Notes under the pieces: generated by a model
The model's database searches: none
Seen by the model: only the letters and a program-made list of their open reading frames with translations
What the model was told of the DNA's origin: nothing
Shown here: positions 1 to 8,378 of the stretch, piece after piece
How positions within the stretch are numbered: position 1 is the first letter of the stretch
Layout of the letters: each line of letters begins with the position of its first letter
Virus record (IMG/VR): IMGVR_UViG_3300025018_000058
Span: 1 to 38,428 of that record
Direction: 5' to 3' (one strand)
DNA from: a virus
Lineage: Duplodnaviria > Caudoviricetes
DNA: 38,428 nucleotides
Translations under genes and position numbers: made by a program

Positions 1-127
1 TACCAGATATTTCAAGTAAGGTCGCAGGTCCAACCTCTGCTATAGATATGGGTGTAGTCCTATATGATGGAACAACAGGCAAAATAGTGAAAAATTCTAG
101 TAACTTTGTGCAATTAGATAACGGCAA
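1..127. repeat. Terminal direct repeat, copy 1 (circular contig overlap)
   Basis: 1-127 is identical to 38302-38428. The 127-bp length matches a common assembler k-mer, and the repeat lies inside a reading frame. Confidence 0.95.
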
Positions 128-1259
128 CGTCGGGATTGGAACGACAGCACCAGGTTTTCCTTTAGATACAAATGGAATAATAAAAACTAATAGCGCAGTA
201 ATTTCTACGGGTGCACCAACATGGCCAACAACTATTGGTTCCTATACAGCAATGTATTATTACACAACAGGCGATGCTGGAAGATTATTTGCTTATACAG
301 GCTCAGTTTATAAGGATTTGGCAATTGGTGATTGGAATGGAGGAAATCCAAATATAATGTTAAAAGTTGGTGGCAAAGTTGGAATTGGAACAGGTTCTCC
401 ATCTAGTCAATTAAGTGTTGCTGGCGGAGCTGATTTTTCAGGCAATGTCGGCATTGGGACGACGAGTCCAGAGGCGAAGTTAGAGATAATTCAAATTGGA
501 GGAGCTTGGTCTGGTGGATTAAGAATTAATAATATAGGTTCACTTAGTTATTGGGATATTATGAGCGACCCCGATTTACGTATTGGTAATAATTCCAATG
601 CGAGAATGATAATAAAGAAATTGAATGGTTATGTTGGGATAGGAACTACAGCACCAAGTGAATTATTAGATATTAAGGGTGGTAATTTCATAATACACGA
701 AGTTGGCGGTTTAAGTGTAGCAAGAATAAGAAATGCATCAGGAGGAGATTTTTCATTATATAATTCTGGTGGAAGTGTTACAGTATATATTGCAGGTAAT
801 TCTAATCATAGTTATTTTAATAATGGCAAAAACGTAGGTATAGGCACTATGATACCAGAAACACCATTACACGTTGAGGTTATTACAACAGCATTAGGAA
901 CATCTAATCATATTGCAACCTTTGGAAGAGATGGAAGTCAAGTTTCAGCTGTTATAGGTTATGATGAAACAAATACAAGAATGTATTTAGGAACAAATAC
1001 AAATCACGACTTAGCAATAAGAACAAATAACACAGATAATATATTTATTGAGTCTAACAACGGCAATGTTGGTATCGGGACTACAGCACCGACAGCTAAA
1101 CTACATTTACCTGCTTCTACGGCTACAGCAAATACAGCTTCACTTAAAATACCTTCTGGGGTTATTGCTACAGTTCCAGTAGCAGGGAATATAGAGGCAG
1201 ATGCTAACCATATTTATTGGACTCGTGCAGATGGTACAAGACTTCAATTAGATAACTAA
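48..1259 (+). CDS. C-terminal 403 aa of a ~645-aa tail fibre/adhesin whose true start is at 37623 (wraps the origin)
   Basis: Six G(N/K/Y)VGIGT-type repeats. ATG 48 corresponds to 38349, which is in frame with ATG 37623 with no stop between them. Confidence 0.8.
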   Translation: MGVVLYDGTTGKIVKNSSNFVQLDNGNVGIGTTAPGFPLDTNGIIKTNSAVISTGAPTWPTTIGSYTAMYYYTTGDAGRLFAYTGSVYKDLAIGDWNGGNPNIMLKVGGKVGIGTGSPSSQLSVAGGADFSGNVGIGTTSPEAKLEIIQIGGAWSGGLRINNIGSLSYWDIMSDPDLRIGNNSNARMIIKKLNGYVGIGTTAPSELLDIKGGNFIIHEVGGLSVARIRNASGGDFSLYNSGGSVTVYIAGNSNHSYFNNGKNVGIGTMIPETPLHVEVITTALGTSNHIATFGRDGSQVSAVIGYDETNTRMYLGTNTNHDLAIRTNNTDNIFIESNNGNVGIGTTAPTAKLHLPASTATANTASLKIPSGVIATVPVAGNIEADANHIYWTRADGTRLQLDN

Positions 1260-1271
1260 AATATAAATAAC

Positions 1272-1529
1272 ATGAAAAAAGAAGAATTATCAATTAAGGT
1301 TTCTAGTTTAGAAACTACACAAATAAAAATGATGGAGAAACTCGAGAAGTTCGGGGATAAATTAGAAGAAGTTCAAATTAGTATTGCTAAATTACCTGAG
1401 GTTTTAACTGAAAAGTTTGATACTAGATATGCCTCAAAAGATTACGAGGACCAACTAAAGAAAATAAAATGGCTTGTTATTAGTGCTTTTATAGTTGCCA
1501 TATTGTCGTTTATTTTAAAAAGTAAATAA
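1272..1529 (+). CDS. Holin-like / XhlA-like small membrane protein
   Basis: Coiled-coil N-terminus, one C-terminal TM helix (WLVISAFIVAILSFIL), directly upstream of the endolysin. Confidence 0.55.
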   Translation: MKKEELSIKVSSLETTQIKMMEKLEKFGDKLEEVQISIAKLPEVLTEKFDTRYASKDYEDQLKKIKWLVISAFIVAILSFILKSK

Positions 1530-1541
1530 AATAATTAAATA

Positions 1542-2417
1542 ATGAATACATTCAAGATAAAGATATATAAACATTCATCTATTAAGACACCTATAGATGA
1601 TGATATTGAAAAGGTAATTCCTTATTTTAATGGGGATTTTGTTAAGAACTATATAGACATAATTCCTACTATTGATATAGAAAATACAGATAAAGACTAC
1701 AAAAATGATACCTTATTCAAACCTAATGAAGGTATTTATGATGTAGTTGTTTTAATATACGAACAAGGGACATTCCCTGTTTATGGTTCAACATATCCTT
1801 ATTCAAATAAAATGAGAGTATGTTATGTTTCAGTTAATCCACTAGAGGATAATATAGAGTATTCATGGAAGACAATAGTCCACGAATTATTACACGCCCT
1901 TGTATTTAAAACTATGGCAGACAAAGGTGTATTTATTAAAAATGTTTTAGATTTCTCATCACCAACTTTTTATTTCAAAAATGATAATCCTTATGCAATT
2001 GATGGCAACTTTTCACAGCAACTTGCTCTACTTAAACCATATCTTAAAGAAACACAAACATCTACTTGGAAGTATTTTAAACTAACAGAAAGTACAGGTA
2101 GCAATGGACATACAGTATCAGAACTAAATAAAGGACTTGTAGATAAACTAGACATAGTAAGAGGTGAGTGTGGCTTTCCTTTTATTATAAATAGTGGATA
2201 TAGAACACCGACAGAGAACTCATTACTTAAAGATAGCGTGAAAGATAGTTCACATATACTTAGATTAGCAGTAGATATTAAGTGCATTGATAGCACAAAG
2301 AGAATGAAGATAATAAGTAGTGCTTTTCTACATGGTTTTAAGAGAATAGGTATTCATTCACAGTATATTCATCTTGACCTTGATAATTCAAAATCAAGTT
2401 CTATTTGGTTATACTAG
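1542..2417 (+). CDS. Endolysin candidate: N-terminal HExxH zinc metallopeptidase-like domain plus C-terminal peptidase M15 domain
   Basis: VHELLH motif; C-terminal INSGYRT...SSH...AVDI...IHLD signature of M15 peptidases. Confidence 0.75.
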   Translation: MNTFKIKIYKHSSIKTPIDDDIEKVIPYFNGDFVKNYIDIIPTIDIENTDKDYKNDTLFKPNEGIYDVVVLIYEQGTFPVYGSTYPYSNKMRVCYVSVNPLEDNIEYSWKTIVHELLHALVFKTMADKGVFIKNVLDFSSPTFYFKNDNPYAIDGNFSQQLALLKPYLKETQTSTWKYFKLTESTGSNGHTVSELNKGLVDKLDIVRGECGFPFIINSGYRTPTENSLLKDSVKDSSHILRLAVDIKCIDSTKRMKIISSAFLHGFKRIGIHSQYIHLDLDNSKSSSIWLY

Positions 2418-2472
2418 TATACCTTAAATCCCTTAAATCGCAAAAAAGTGCCGATTTACGTCAAAAAGCAGT

Positions 2473-2503
2473 AAAAAAACCCTTATTTTTCAATAGGGGT
2501 TTT
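2473..2503. terminator. Probable bidirectional intrinsic terminator where the two arms converge
   Basis: Stem AAAACCCTTATT/AATAGGGGTTTT with A and T runs on either side. Confidence 0.6.
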
Positions 2504-2737
2504 GTATTTAATCCTTTCAATCCTTTGTAGGACTAAAATGATTTCACCGAGAGTCATATTATGAAACAGAATATGAAAAGCATCGTGTTTGCTTCTCCAT
2601 AACATAAGAACTCGGTTATAATCACGGTCAACTTCATTCTCAGGAATGTTGTGTAACTTAACTCGTTCCTTAGGAATAAGATGGTGTTTCGTAGGTTTCT
2701 TATTTACCTTCCTATTTTTTTGGTTCTTGTGGCTCAT
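2483..2737 (-). CDS. Small HNH-like protein (likely start MSHKNQ at 2737)
   Basis: TKHHLIPK...LW...HDAFH resembles a minimal HNH motif. Confidence 0.45.
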   Translation of the reverse strand: MSHKNQKNRKVNKKPTKHHLIPKERVKLHNIPENEVDRDYNRVLMLWRSKHDAFHILFHNMTLGEIILVLQRIERIKYKTPIEK

Positions 2738-2939
2738 TGTAATTTCCTTTTTTGTAACCAATTATTGTTCGTTTATTCTTAGTATAGTATTTTTTTACTA
2801 TATCATTGTATTTAAGAGCAAGCTCTTTGTATGCTTTTTCAAGTTGTTTGATATAAAGCATAAGGTCTTTGATTTCTTGTTCTTTATTAACCAATAAAGA
2901 AATAAGATTTTCTACATAGGTTTGATTTGTTCTCATCAC
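2712..2939 (-). CDS. Hypothetical coiled-coil protein
   Basis: ATGA-coupled to the upstream ORF; heptad-like sequence. Confidence 0.5.
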   Translation of the reverse strand: MMRTNQTYVENLISLLVNKEQEIKDLMLYIKQLEKAYKELALKYNDIVKKYYTKNKRTIIGYKKGNYNEPQEPKK

Positions 2940-3157
2940 CCAGAATTTAATTTTTTACAGAAAATATCTAATCTATAGGCACTTACCATTTTGGAACGGT
3001 GTGGCTCGTTAGAAGTTGTATCATAATAAGATATAACTTCATCTTTATTAACATCATATAGAATACGAAGATTCTTTCTGGTGTAAAGTTCTGTGTTAAA
3101 GCTGAAGGATACTAAAAACTTCCAACCTGCTCTCTCTAATCTCTCTTTTGTTTTCAT
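2936..3157 (-). CDS. Hypothetical protein (likely start MKTKER at 3157)
   Basis: AT-rich region before ATG 3157. The longer TTG-started version runs through the tRNA-like element. Confidence 0.55.
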   Translation of the reverse strand: MKTKERLERAGWKFLVSFSFNTELYTRKNLRILYDVNKDEVISYYDTTSNEPHRSKMVSAYRLDIFCKKLNSG

Positions 3158-3192
3158 AATATAACTATTTAATTTTAAAGAACTATTTCTTA

Positions 3193-3256
3193 AACCCAAA
3201 GTGGGAATCGAACCCACTCTTTGCCTAAAGGCATTACTCTCCAAGATGTTTGGGTT
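3193..3256 (-). ncRNA. tRNA-like RNA (acceptor stem plus perfect T arm, non-canonical D and anticodon region)
   Basis: Minus strand: AACCCAAA-CA-TCTT-GGAGAGTAA-TGCC-TTTA-GGCA-AAGA-GTGGG-TTCGATT-CCCAC-TTTGGGTT. No encoded CCA. Confidence 0.65.
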
Positions 3257-3268
3257 ATGCTTGTCAGA

Positions 3269-3412
3269 CTATACCTCAAATCCTAACTTTTCTCTTGCTA
3301 ACTCTGATATACTTTTATCTTGTGAATTAGCATCAATAACAAACATTTCTTTTTCATTTTCAGAAACTCTTATGTTGATAGATGCTGTCTTGTTTTCTTT
3401 ACTTGTTTCCAT
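3269..3412 (-). CDS. 47-aa ribbon-helix-helix (CopG/Arc-like) DNA-binding protein, not in ORF track
   Basis: METSKENKTASINIRVSENEKEMFVIDANSQDKSISELAREKLGFEV shows a beta strand (INIRV), helix, then SISE helix. It has its own promoter. Confidence 0.6.
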   Translation of the reverse strand: METSKENKTASINIRVSENEKEMFVIDANSQDKSISELAREKLGFEV

Positions 3413-3418
3413 ATCTCT

Positions 3419-3447
3419 ATTATAACATATTTTGTATTACTTGTCAA
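3419..3447 (-). promoter_or_regulatory. sigma70 consensus promoter, leaderless
   Basis: TTGACA-N17-TATAAT with TGn extended -10; ATG 3412 lies 6 nt after the -10. Confidence 0.8.
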
Positions 3448-3451
3448 GTAG

Positions 3452-4354
3452 TTATCTAGTTATTAGGTATTTTTTATACCATTCAGGTAACCCACTAACT
3501 GCTTTTCTAAATAATTCACCACTATACTCTCTATACAGAAATTCTTTTATAATTTCTTTTTCTTCATCTTGAATATCTTTTTTAACTTCATTTATTAAAT
3601 TACCAATATCTTTTGGAGAATTATCAAGTAATCCATTATCTTGTAAATGTTGAACTGATTTTAACCATCTTGCTTCTGTTTTATACCCATCAATAAACAA
3701 TCCCCATTTACTCTTACTTTCATTTTCTACACCCCAAGTGTTTCTGTGAACTTCTTTAAAATTCTCAGAAACATATTTACTAGACATTAAGGGTATTGGT
3801 TGTCCTCCTAATAAAAATGCTTGTTCATAGTTTTTAACAACAAACCCTTCTATTTTTGCTTTACCTAATACACTTTCTCTATCAAGTAACTGGTCAAAAA
3901 ATTCTATATTTTTTAATTCAATATTTCCTTTATAGAGTAATGGAACAACTTCTATATCTAATAGTTCTCCGAACTTTAATAATTCTTCATATTTAGATAT
4001 AAATTTATCAGTATTATCACATACTCCAAATAGTATTAAATTATTTTTTGGAACTCTATCATAAGTTAAAGAATTATGTTTTGGTTTTTGTAGGTATTCA
4101 CAATAAAAAATTGTATTATCTGGTATTTTATCTGAAATAGAACGAACATAATCTGTTGCTAAATTAAACATCTTATTACTTTCTCCTTCAAAAATCATAC
4201 AACCCTTACTACGAGTCATTAAATTCCCATCTATTTTACCAAATGAAAACTGTGAACCATCTATTTTTTCTGTTATTTCTACTTCATTATCTGCAATTTT
4301 TGAAACATAATCTGTTCCTAATGCAAATATTTTTGGGAATGCTTTTATATTCAT
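3452..4354 (-). CDS. ATP-dependent RNA ligase, Rnl2 family
   Basis: Nucleotidyltransferase motifs EKIDGS (I), FYCEY (III), LFGV (IIIa), EGFVVK (IV), SKYV (V), and a helical C-terminal domain. Confidence 0.8.
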   Translation of the reverse strand: MNIKAFPKIFALGTDYVSKIADNEVEITEKIDGSQFSFGKIDGNLMTRSKGCMIFEGESNKMFNLATDYVRSISDKIPDNTIFYCEYLQKPKHNSLTYDRVPKNNLILFGVCDNTDKFISKYEELLKFGELLDIEVVPLLYKGNIELKNIEFFDQLLDRESVLGKAKIEGFVVKNYEQAFLLGGQPIPLMSSKYVSENFKEVHRNTWGVENESKSKWGLFIDGYKTEARWLKSVQHLQDNGLLDNSPKDIGNLINEVKKDIQDEEKEIIKEFLYREYSGELFRKAVSGLPEWYKKYLITR

Positions 4355-4358
4355 ATTT

Positions 4359-4775
4359 CTATTTATTAATTAGTTTTAATCTTTCTAATAGATTACTATA
4401 AAACTCAACTACTTCTTTTTGTTTAGGTTTATTTTCCTGTTGTAGCTTTTTTTGTTTTTGAACATCAGTAACGAAGTTAAATAAATCATTTTTATCTATT
4501 TCCCACAATAAATTATCATAATAAATAGCACCCATTCCACCTAGATTCATATTACAATTATAACATTGTGGTCTTAGAAATCTTAAATCATACTTATATT
4601 GATATGGTAGATACTTTTTTGGAATTAAATGTCCAGTATGTCGGTTACTTCCTTTTAAATCTTTAATACCACAAGTATAGCACTCATTACCATATCTTAT
4701 TTTAATTATTCTTTTACACTCTTCCCATATTTTAATTTGTAATTGTTTAGGTGTTACTTTTATTTGTTTTTTCAT
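4359..4775 (-). CDS. NinG/Rap-like recombination endonuclease (likely start 4775)
   Basis: CYTCG...HTGH...LRPQCYNCN pattern. Confidence 0.7.
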   Translation of the reverse strand: MKKQIKVTPKQLQIKIWEECKRIIKIRYGNECYTCGIKDLKGSNRHTGHLIPKKYLPYQYKYDLRFLRPQCYNCNMNLGGMGAIYYDNLLWEIDKNDLFNFVTDVQKQKKLQQENKPKQKEVVEFYSNLLERLKLINK

Positions 4776-5535
4776 CTTTAATAAGTTTAGTATCGGTGGT
4801 ATATTTGTGGCAATCTTTACATTGATATTGATTCTTATATCCACCAACTACTCTACGTCTTTTATCGTGTCTAATAAGATTTAATGAGTTACATAATGGG
4901 TTAGAACAAATAATACCATCCTCTCTTGCTATCTTAAAATCGTTAAACTGCTTCATAAAAGGTAGTAACTTCAATAGAACATCTTTAGTCTTTACTACAT
5001 CTATATTACAATAGTAAGACATTTCCTTTTGTGCTTTCTTATCTCCATCTCTTGATTTAAACCACATATCCAAACCAGAGTGATGGTATTTACCTTCTAA
5101 TCCAAAGAAATTAGCCATAACCTCTAATGAATAACTAGGTAGTTTTAATTTACTTTTAGCAATCTTCTTTGTGTCAAGTGTCTTTGTTTCAGGTATAGGT
5201 TCAAATCCCCAGAAAGCTAATCTTGCATTAAATAGTTTAATATCAAATTGGTCAGAGTTCTGTCCAGCGATAATATCATATTTAATTATTATCTCTCTAA
5301 AGTATTCAACAATACTTTTATCATTCCATACACCTTTCTTCCATTCTTTAAAATCCCATTGTGCTATATTCTTTACCTTATTAGTTTTATTATCCCAGTA
5401 AGAGAAACAAACAATGGTTTCATATTCTAATACTTTTATTATATTTGTTTCCCATATTCCACCAAAGAAATATCCTTTAGATGGGCTGGATTCTATATCA
5501 AATACAATAATACTAGGTTCTTTATTTTTTATCAT
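4747..5535 (-). CDS. RNase H-like (DEDD 3'-5') exonuclease with C-terminal Zn ribbon (likely start 5535)
   Basis: FDIES, GQNSDQFD, LDT, YCNIDV motifs; C-terminal CSNPLC...CKDC. Confidence 0.75.
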   Translation of the reverse strand: MIKNKEPSIIVFDIESSPSKGYFFGGIWETNIIKVLEYETIVCFSYWDNKTNKVKNIAQWDFKEWKKGVWNDKSIVEYFREIIIKYDIIAGQNSDQFDIKLFNARLAFWGFEPIPETKTLDTKKIAKSKLKLPSYSLEVMANFFGLEGKYHHSGLDMWFKSRDGDKKAQKEMSYYCNIDVVKTKDVLLKLLPFMKQFNDFKIAREDGIICSNPLCNSLNLIRHDKRRRVVGGYKNQYQCKDCHKYTTDTKLIKDEKTNKSNT

Positions 5536-5812
5536 CTTCAAGTTCTTTCTGCAATAATGCGAGTGCCCTCCATGCACACTTTGCAGAGTGTCTTATCCCA
5601 TCAGAATCAAATGTTCCTGATTCCATTAGGTGTCTAGTAAGTGCGTCTGCTTCATCCATTGATTTACTTCTATCCCAATGTAATGGAGTTCCTGGATTAT
5701 GTTGTTCATTACCAGCAAGTGAAACTCTTGCAATCTCTTGTATTGCTAGTGGGAAGTATCTTAACACACCACTAAAAACAGGTGTTGCTTTACGTTTTTC
5801 TGGTGTATCCAT
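5522..5812 (-). CDS. DUF5664 dATP/dGTP diphosphohydrolase N-terminal-like protein
   Basis: PLAIQEIARVSLAG..H...W.......DALTRHL......D.DG..H...AWRAL pattern. Confidence 0.7.
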   Translation of the reverse strand: MDTPEKRKATPVFSGVLRYFPLAIQEIARVSLAGNEQHNPGTPLHWDRSKSMDEADALTRHLMESGTFDSDGIRHSAKCAWRALALLQKELEDDKK

Positions 5813-5813
5813 A

Positions 5814-6047
5814 TTATTTTTTAATTTTATAATCTATACCTTCCTCCATATTCCACATATCGTGCCAGTTTTGACCATCAAAATATCCTATCTTATATAA
5901 TCCCATAAAGTTAGTAAGTGCCTGAAAGAACCTCTGCTCTGGATGTTCTATACAATATCCTGCAAATGCTGATAATGTTAGTTCATTCCTTGATGGTTGT
6001 CCTTCACTATTTAATGGTAGTTTTCTTTTTTTCATATTATTCTTCAC
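5814..6047 (-). CDS. Hypothetical protein
   Basis: ORF in a tightly packed operon; HPEQRFFQAL motif. Confidence 0.6.
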   Translation of the reverse strand: MKNNMKKRKLPLNSEGQPSRNELTLSAFAGYCIEHPEQRFFQALTNFMGLYKIGYFDGQNWHDMWNMEEGIDYKIKK

Positions 6048-6249
6048 CTCCTATATAGTATTCCTCAAACTCTAATCTAACATCTCTACTATAATCAGCA
6101 GGATTTATTATTATTTCTTCTATTGAATTAAATTCTCCAAGTAGGCTTACAAAGTCATCTTGTGAAGTATCTATCGCGAACATCTTAATCTTCCTTAATG
6201 TTTTATCCATTGTGTTACATTGTGTAAGAAGAAAAATAAATTTCTTCAA
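6037..6249 (-). CDS. Hypothetical protein
   Basis: ORF fills the operon gap; TTG or internal ATG start. Confidence 0.5.
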   Translation of the reverse strand: MKKFIFLLTQCNTMDKTLRKIKMFAIDTSQDDFVSLLGEFNSIEEIIINPADYSRDVRLEFEEYYIGGEE

Positions 6250-6252
6250 TTA

Positions 6253-6714
6253 TTATAATTTACATTTAACAGTAAAGGTTTTACCTAGTTGTCGTGAGTA
6301 AAATGTATATGTTCCACCTTTCTGGATTGCTACATAAGATGTCCATTCTCTTGCTAATTCTGGTTTAGACATAGCCCACACTCCTAACTTCAACTGGTCA
6401 TATTCAGAACTGTAATTTAATTCTTCTCCATAAATCTTTGCCATTCTATAAAATGTAGACTTCTGAAACTGAAAGATTCCATTACTTAGTCCTGAATCAC
6501 CAACTGCTCCGTGTATTCCCTTAGACTCACATTCAATTACTTTATTTACAATATTGATATTAGCACCATATAGTGTAGTAAAGTATTGTATCTGACCATT
6601 TCTTGTAAGTTCTATTGGATTTACTATCTCTAGTGGCTCGGCTATTACCTTTGTAGGATTAACTAACAGGGAGGTTATAAGCACAAGACTCACTATTATA
6701 TTTTTTGTAAACAT
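6253..6714 (-). CDS. Exported lytic transglycosylase / lysozyme-like protein
   Basis: N-terminal hydrophobic signal; VIECESKG catalytic Glu motif; GIFQFQKSTF motif. Confidence 0.7.
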   Translation of the reverse strand: MFTKNIIVSLVLITSLLVNPTKVIAEPLEIVNPIELTRNGQIQYFTTLYGANINIVNKVIECESKGIHGAVGDSGLSNGIFQFQKSTFYRMAKIYGEELNYSSEYDQLKLGVWAMSKPELAREWTSYVAIQKGGTYTFYSRQLGKTFTVKCKL

Positions 6715-6744
6715 AGATTTCTAGGTTATAGCCCTAGAAAGCGT

Positions 6745-6954
6745 TTATTCTTCCCAACTAACGAACTTCTGCAAAGCAAGAAGTAAACCTGTCATCGCAC
6801 CGAAAGTAAAGGCTAGACCAAGAGCATTTAATATGCTATTGAAATCAGACCATACTAATGGTTGTGTTAATGCTACAATAGACATTTGAGCTACTGCACC
6901 ACCTATAATACCCTTTGCGAACCTATTTATGATTGATGTTGTTTTTATATTCAT
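6745..6954 (-). CDS. Two-TM holin-like membrane protein (likely start MNIKTT at 6954)
   Basis: Two hydrophobic segments; start set by the promoter position. Confidence 0.5.
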   Translation of the reverse strand: MNIKTTSIINRFAKGIIGGAVAQMSIVALTQPLVWSDFNSILNALGLAFTFGAMTGLLLALQKFVSWEE

Positions 6955-6962
6955 ATCTTTAT

Positions 6963-6991
6963 ATAATAGCATATTATTTACCTTTTGTCAA
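6963..6991 (-). promoter_or_regulatory. sigma70 promoter, near-leaderless
   Basis: TTGACA-N17-TATTAT with TGn; 8 nt to ATG 6954. Confidence 0.7.
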
Positions 6992-7216
6992 GCCCTTTTT
7001 ACTATTCTTAACTGTTTTCTTTTCCTTATAAGCCTTTTGCTCTAAAGCAAGCATTTCAAGAAAGTCTTGATAATTAATCTCTTGTTACTTTTTTAACAAC
7101 CTTTCTTCTTCCTTGTTATATCTATAATCTTCAATATAATTAAAAACCCAAGATACCACTTCTCTTATTCCAATTAAAATTAATAGTAATAAGGCGATTG
7201 TAAATATTATTGTCAT
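6974..7216 (-). pseudogene. Membrane-anchored protein gene with an in-frame TAA at 7085-7087
   Basis: MTIIFTIALLLLILIG...RLLKK*QEINYQDFLEMLALEQKAY...KGK*; the frame stays open 36 codons beyond the stop. Confidence 0.45.
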
Positions 7217-7224
7217 AGTGTTAT

Positions 7225-8073
7225 TTAATTAATACTTGGATAATCTTCTTCGTTGTAGTGTTCAATATGCTCTGCTTTATACCATTTCTTAATCTCAGCA
7301 TTCTTACTATAGCGATAGATATTTAGTAGTGATAGGAAATATGCTTTCTCTTTCTCTATGTTATAACTTATAGCCACCTCAAATGCTTCATTAGTCATTC
7401 TCTTAGCCCCACCATTAGAGGACTTCTCATACCAAGTCTGTCCTTCTTTTGCTAGTATAGAACGAACTATAACTATCCCATCAAACTTTACCTCAGGATT
7501 ACTTTCTTCTACTGCTATGGCATATCCAGCACCTTGAGCAAAGTAAGTGTCGTCAATTTGCTTACTTGTTTTAAAATCTCCAAGTAAGAGTTTTCCATCA
7601 AGTATACAGACAAAGTCGAATGTGCCGGCATACCAATGTTCTCTTGAATAAACTGAAACCTCACTTCCTAGAAATTCTACTTTATTATTCCTAGCCCATT
7701 CTATAAATCTATCAACAGATGTTTTAACTTCTTCATCTTTAATCTCTAGTTTAAGATACTCTTTAGTATCTATGTAATGATTGATAAACTTCTCAACTTG
7801 AGCGTGTGCTAGAGTTCCTTTATCTTTTGCTTTATCTGATTTACGTGTATGAGCATATTGCTTATTCTTTATTATTTCAGCAATCTTGTCTTTAGATAGA
7901 GTCAGACAATCTTTATATGCTTCACTAGCAGACCAGTTAATAAGAAACCCTTTTGCTTGCATCCCTGTGATAGTTGTGCATCCTGTTAATGACTTACCAT
8001 CAAGTTTATATCTTCCAAGCCCTGATGCTTCAAGATTAATTATAAAGTTTTCGTCTTTAGGAAATAGTTTCAT
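7225..8073 (-). CDS. PD-(D/E)XK exonuclease (lambda-exo/Cas4-like recombination nuclease)
   Basis: GTLAH...SEV...YAGTFD...DFKTS...QGAGY motifs. Confidence 0.8.
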   Translation of the reverse strand: MKLFPKDENFIINLEASGLGRYKLDGKSLTGCTTITGMQAKGFLINWSASEAYKDCLTLSKDKIAEIIKNKQYAHTRKSDKAKDKGTLAHAQVEKFINHYIDTKEYLKLEIKDEEVKTSVDRFIEWARNNKVEFLGSEVSVYSREHWYAGTFDFVCILDGKLLLGDFKTSKQIDDTYFAQGAGYAIAVEESNPEVKFDGIVIVRSILAKEGQTWYEKSSNGGAKRMTNEAFEVAISYNIEKEKAYFLSLLNIYRYSKNAEIKKWYKAEHIEHYNEEDYPSIN

Positions 8074-8074
8074 A

Positions 8075-8377
8075 TTATTTATTCTTCTTAGATTTAGTCT
8101 TTTTTACAAGTCTTGTTATTGAACCTCCACCAACCCTTTCTCCTGTAAGAAGATTAAAACAAGATTTAGTTGGTATTTCTTCACTTGTAATTGTTTCTTC
8201 AATTATACCTAAATAATCTTTAATTAATTTAATACTATCATTTAATTTAGATATTTTTTCATCTTTCGCATTTATTAATTTAAATAAGTCATCTATTCTT
8301 GAAAAAATACTACCTTCACTCCATTTTCTATAAAATACTTCATCGTAAACTTTGTTTATTTTTTTAAATATATTCAT
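8075..8377 (-). CDS. Hypothetical protein
   Basis: ORF with 1-nt gaps to both neighbours. Confidence 0.6.
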   Translation of the reverse strand: MNIFKKINKVYDEVFYRKWSEGSIFSRIDDLFKLINAKDEKISKLNDSIKLIKDYLGIIEETITSEEIPTKSCFNLLTGERVGGGSITRLVKKTKSKKNK

Positions 8378-8378
8378 A

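Noticed and set aside
1-127. Biological terminal repeat
   Set aside because: The 127-bp length and mid-gene position fit an assembler overlap, not packaging termini.
3193-3256. Canonical tRNA gene or attP site
   Set aside because: No proper D stem or 7-nt anticodon loop, and no integrase in the genome.
5522-5812. Z-genome (2-aminoadenine) pathway
   Set aside because: No purZ, datZ-like HD protein or DNA polymerase is recognisable.
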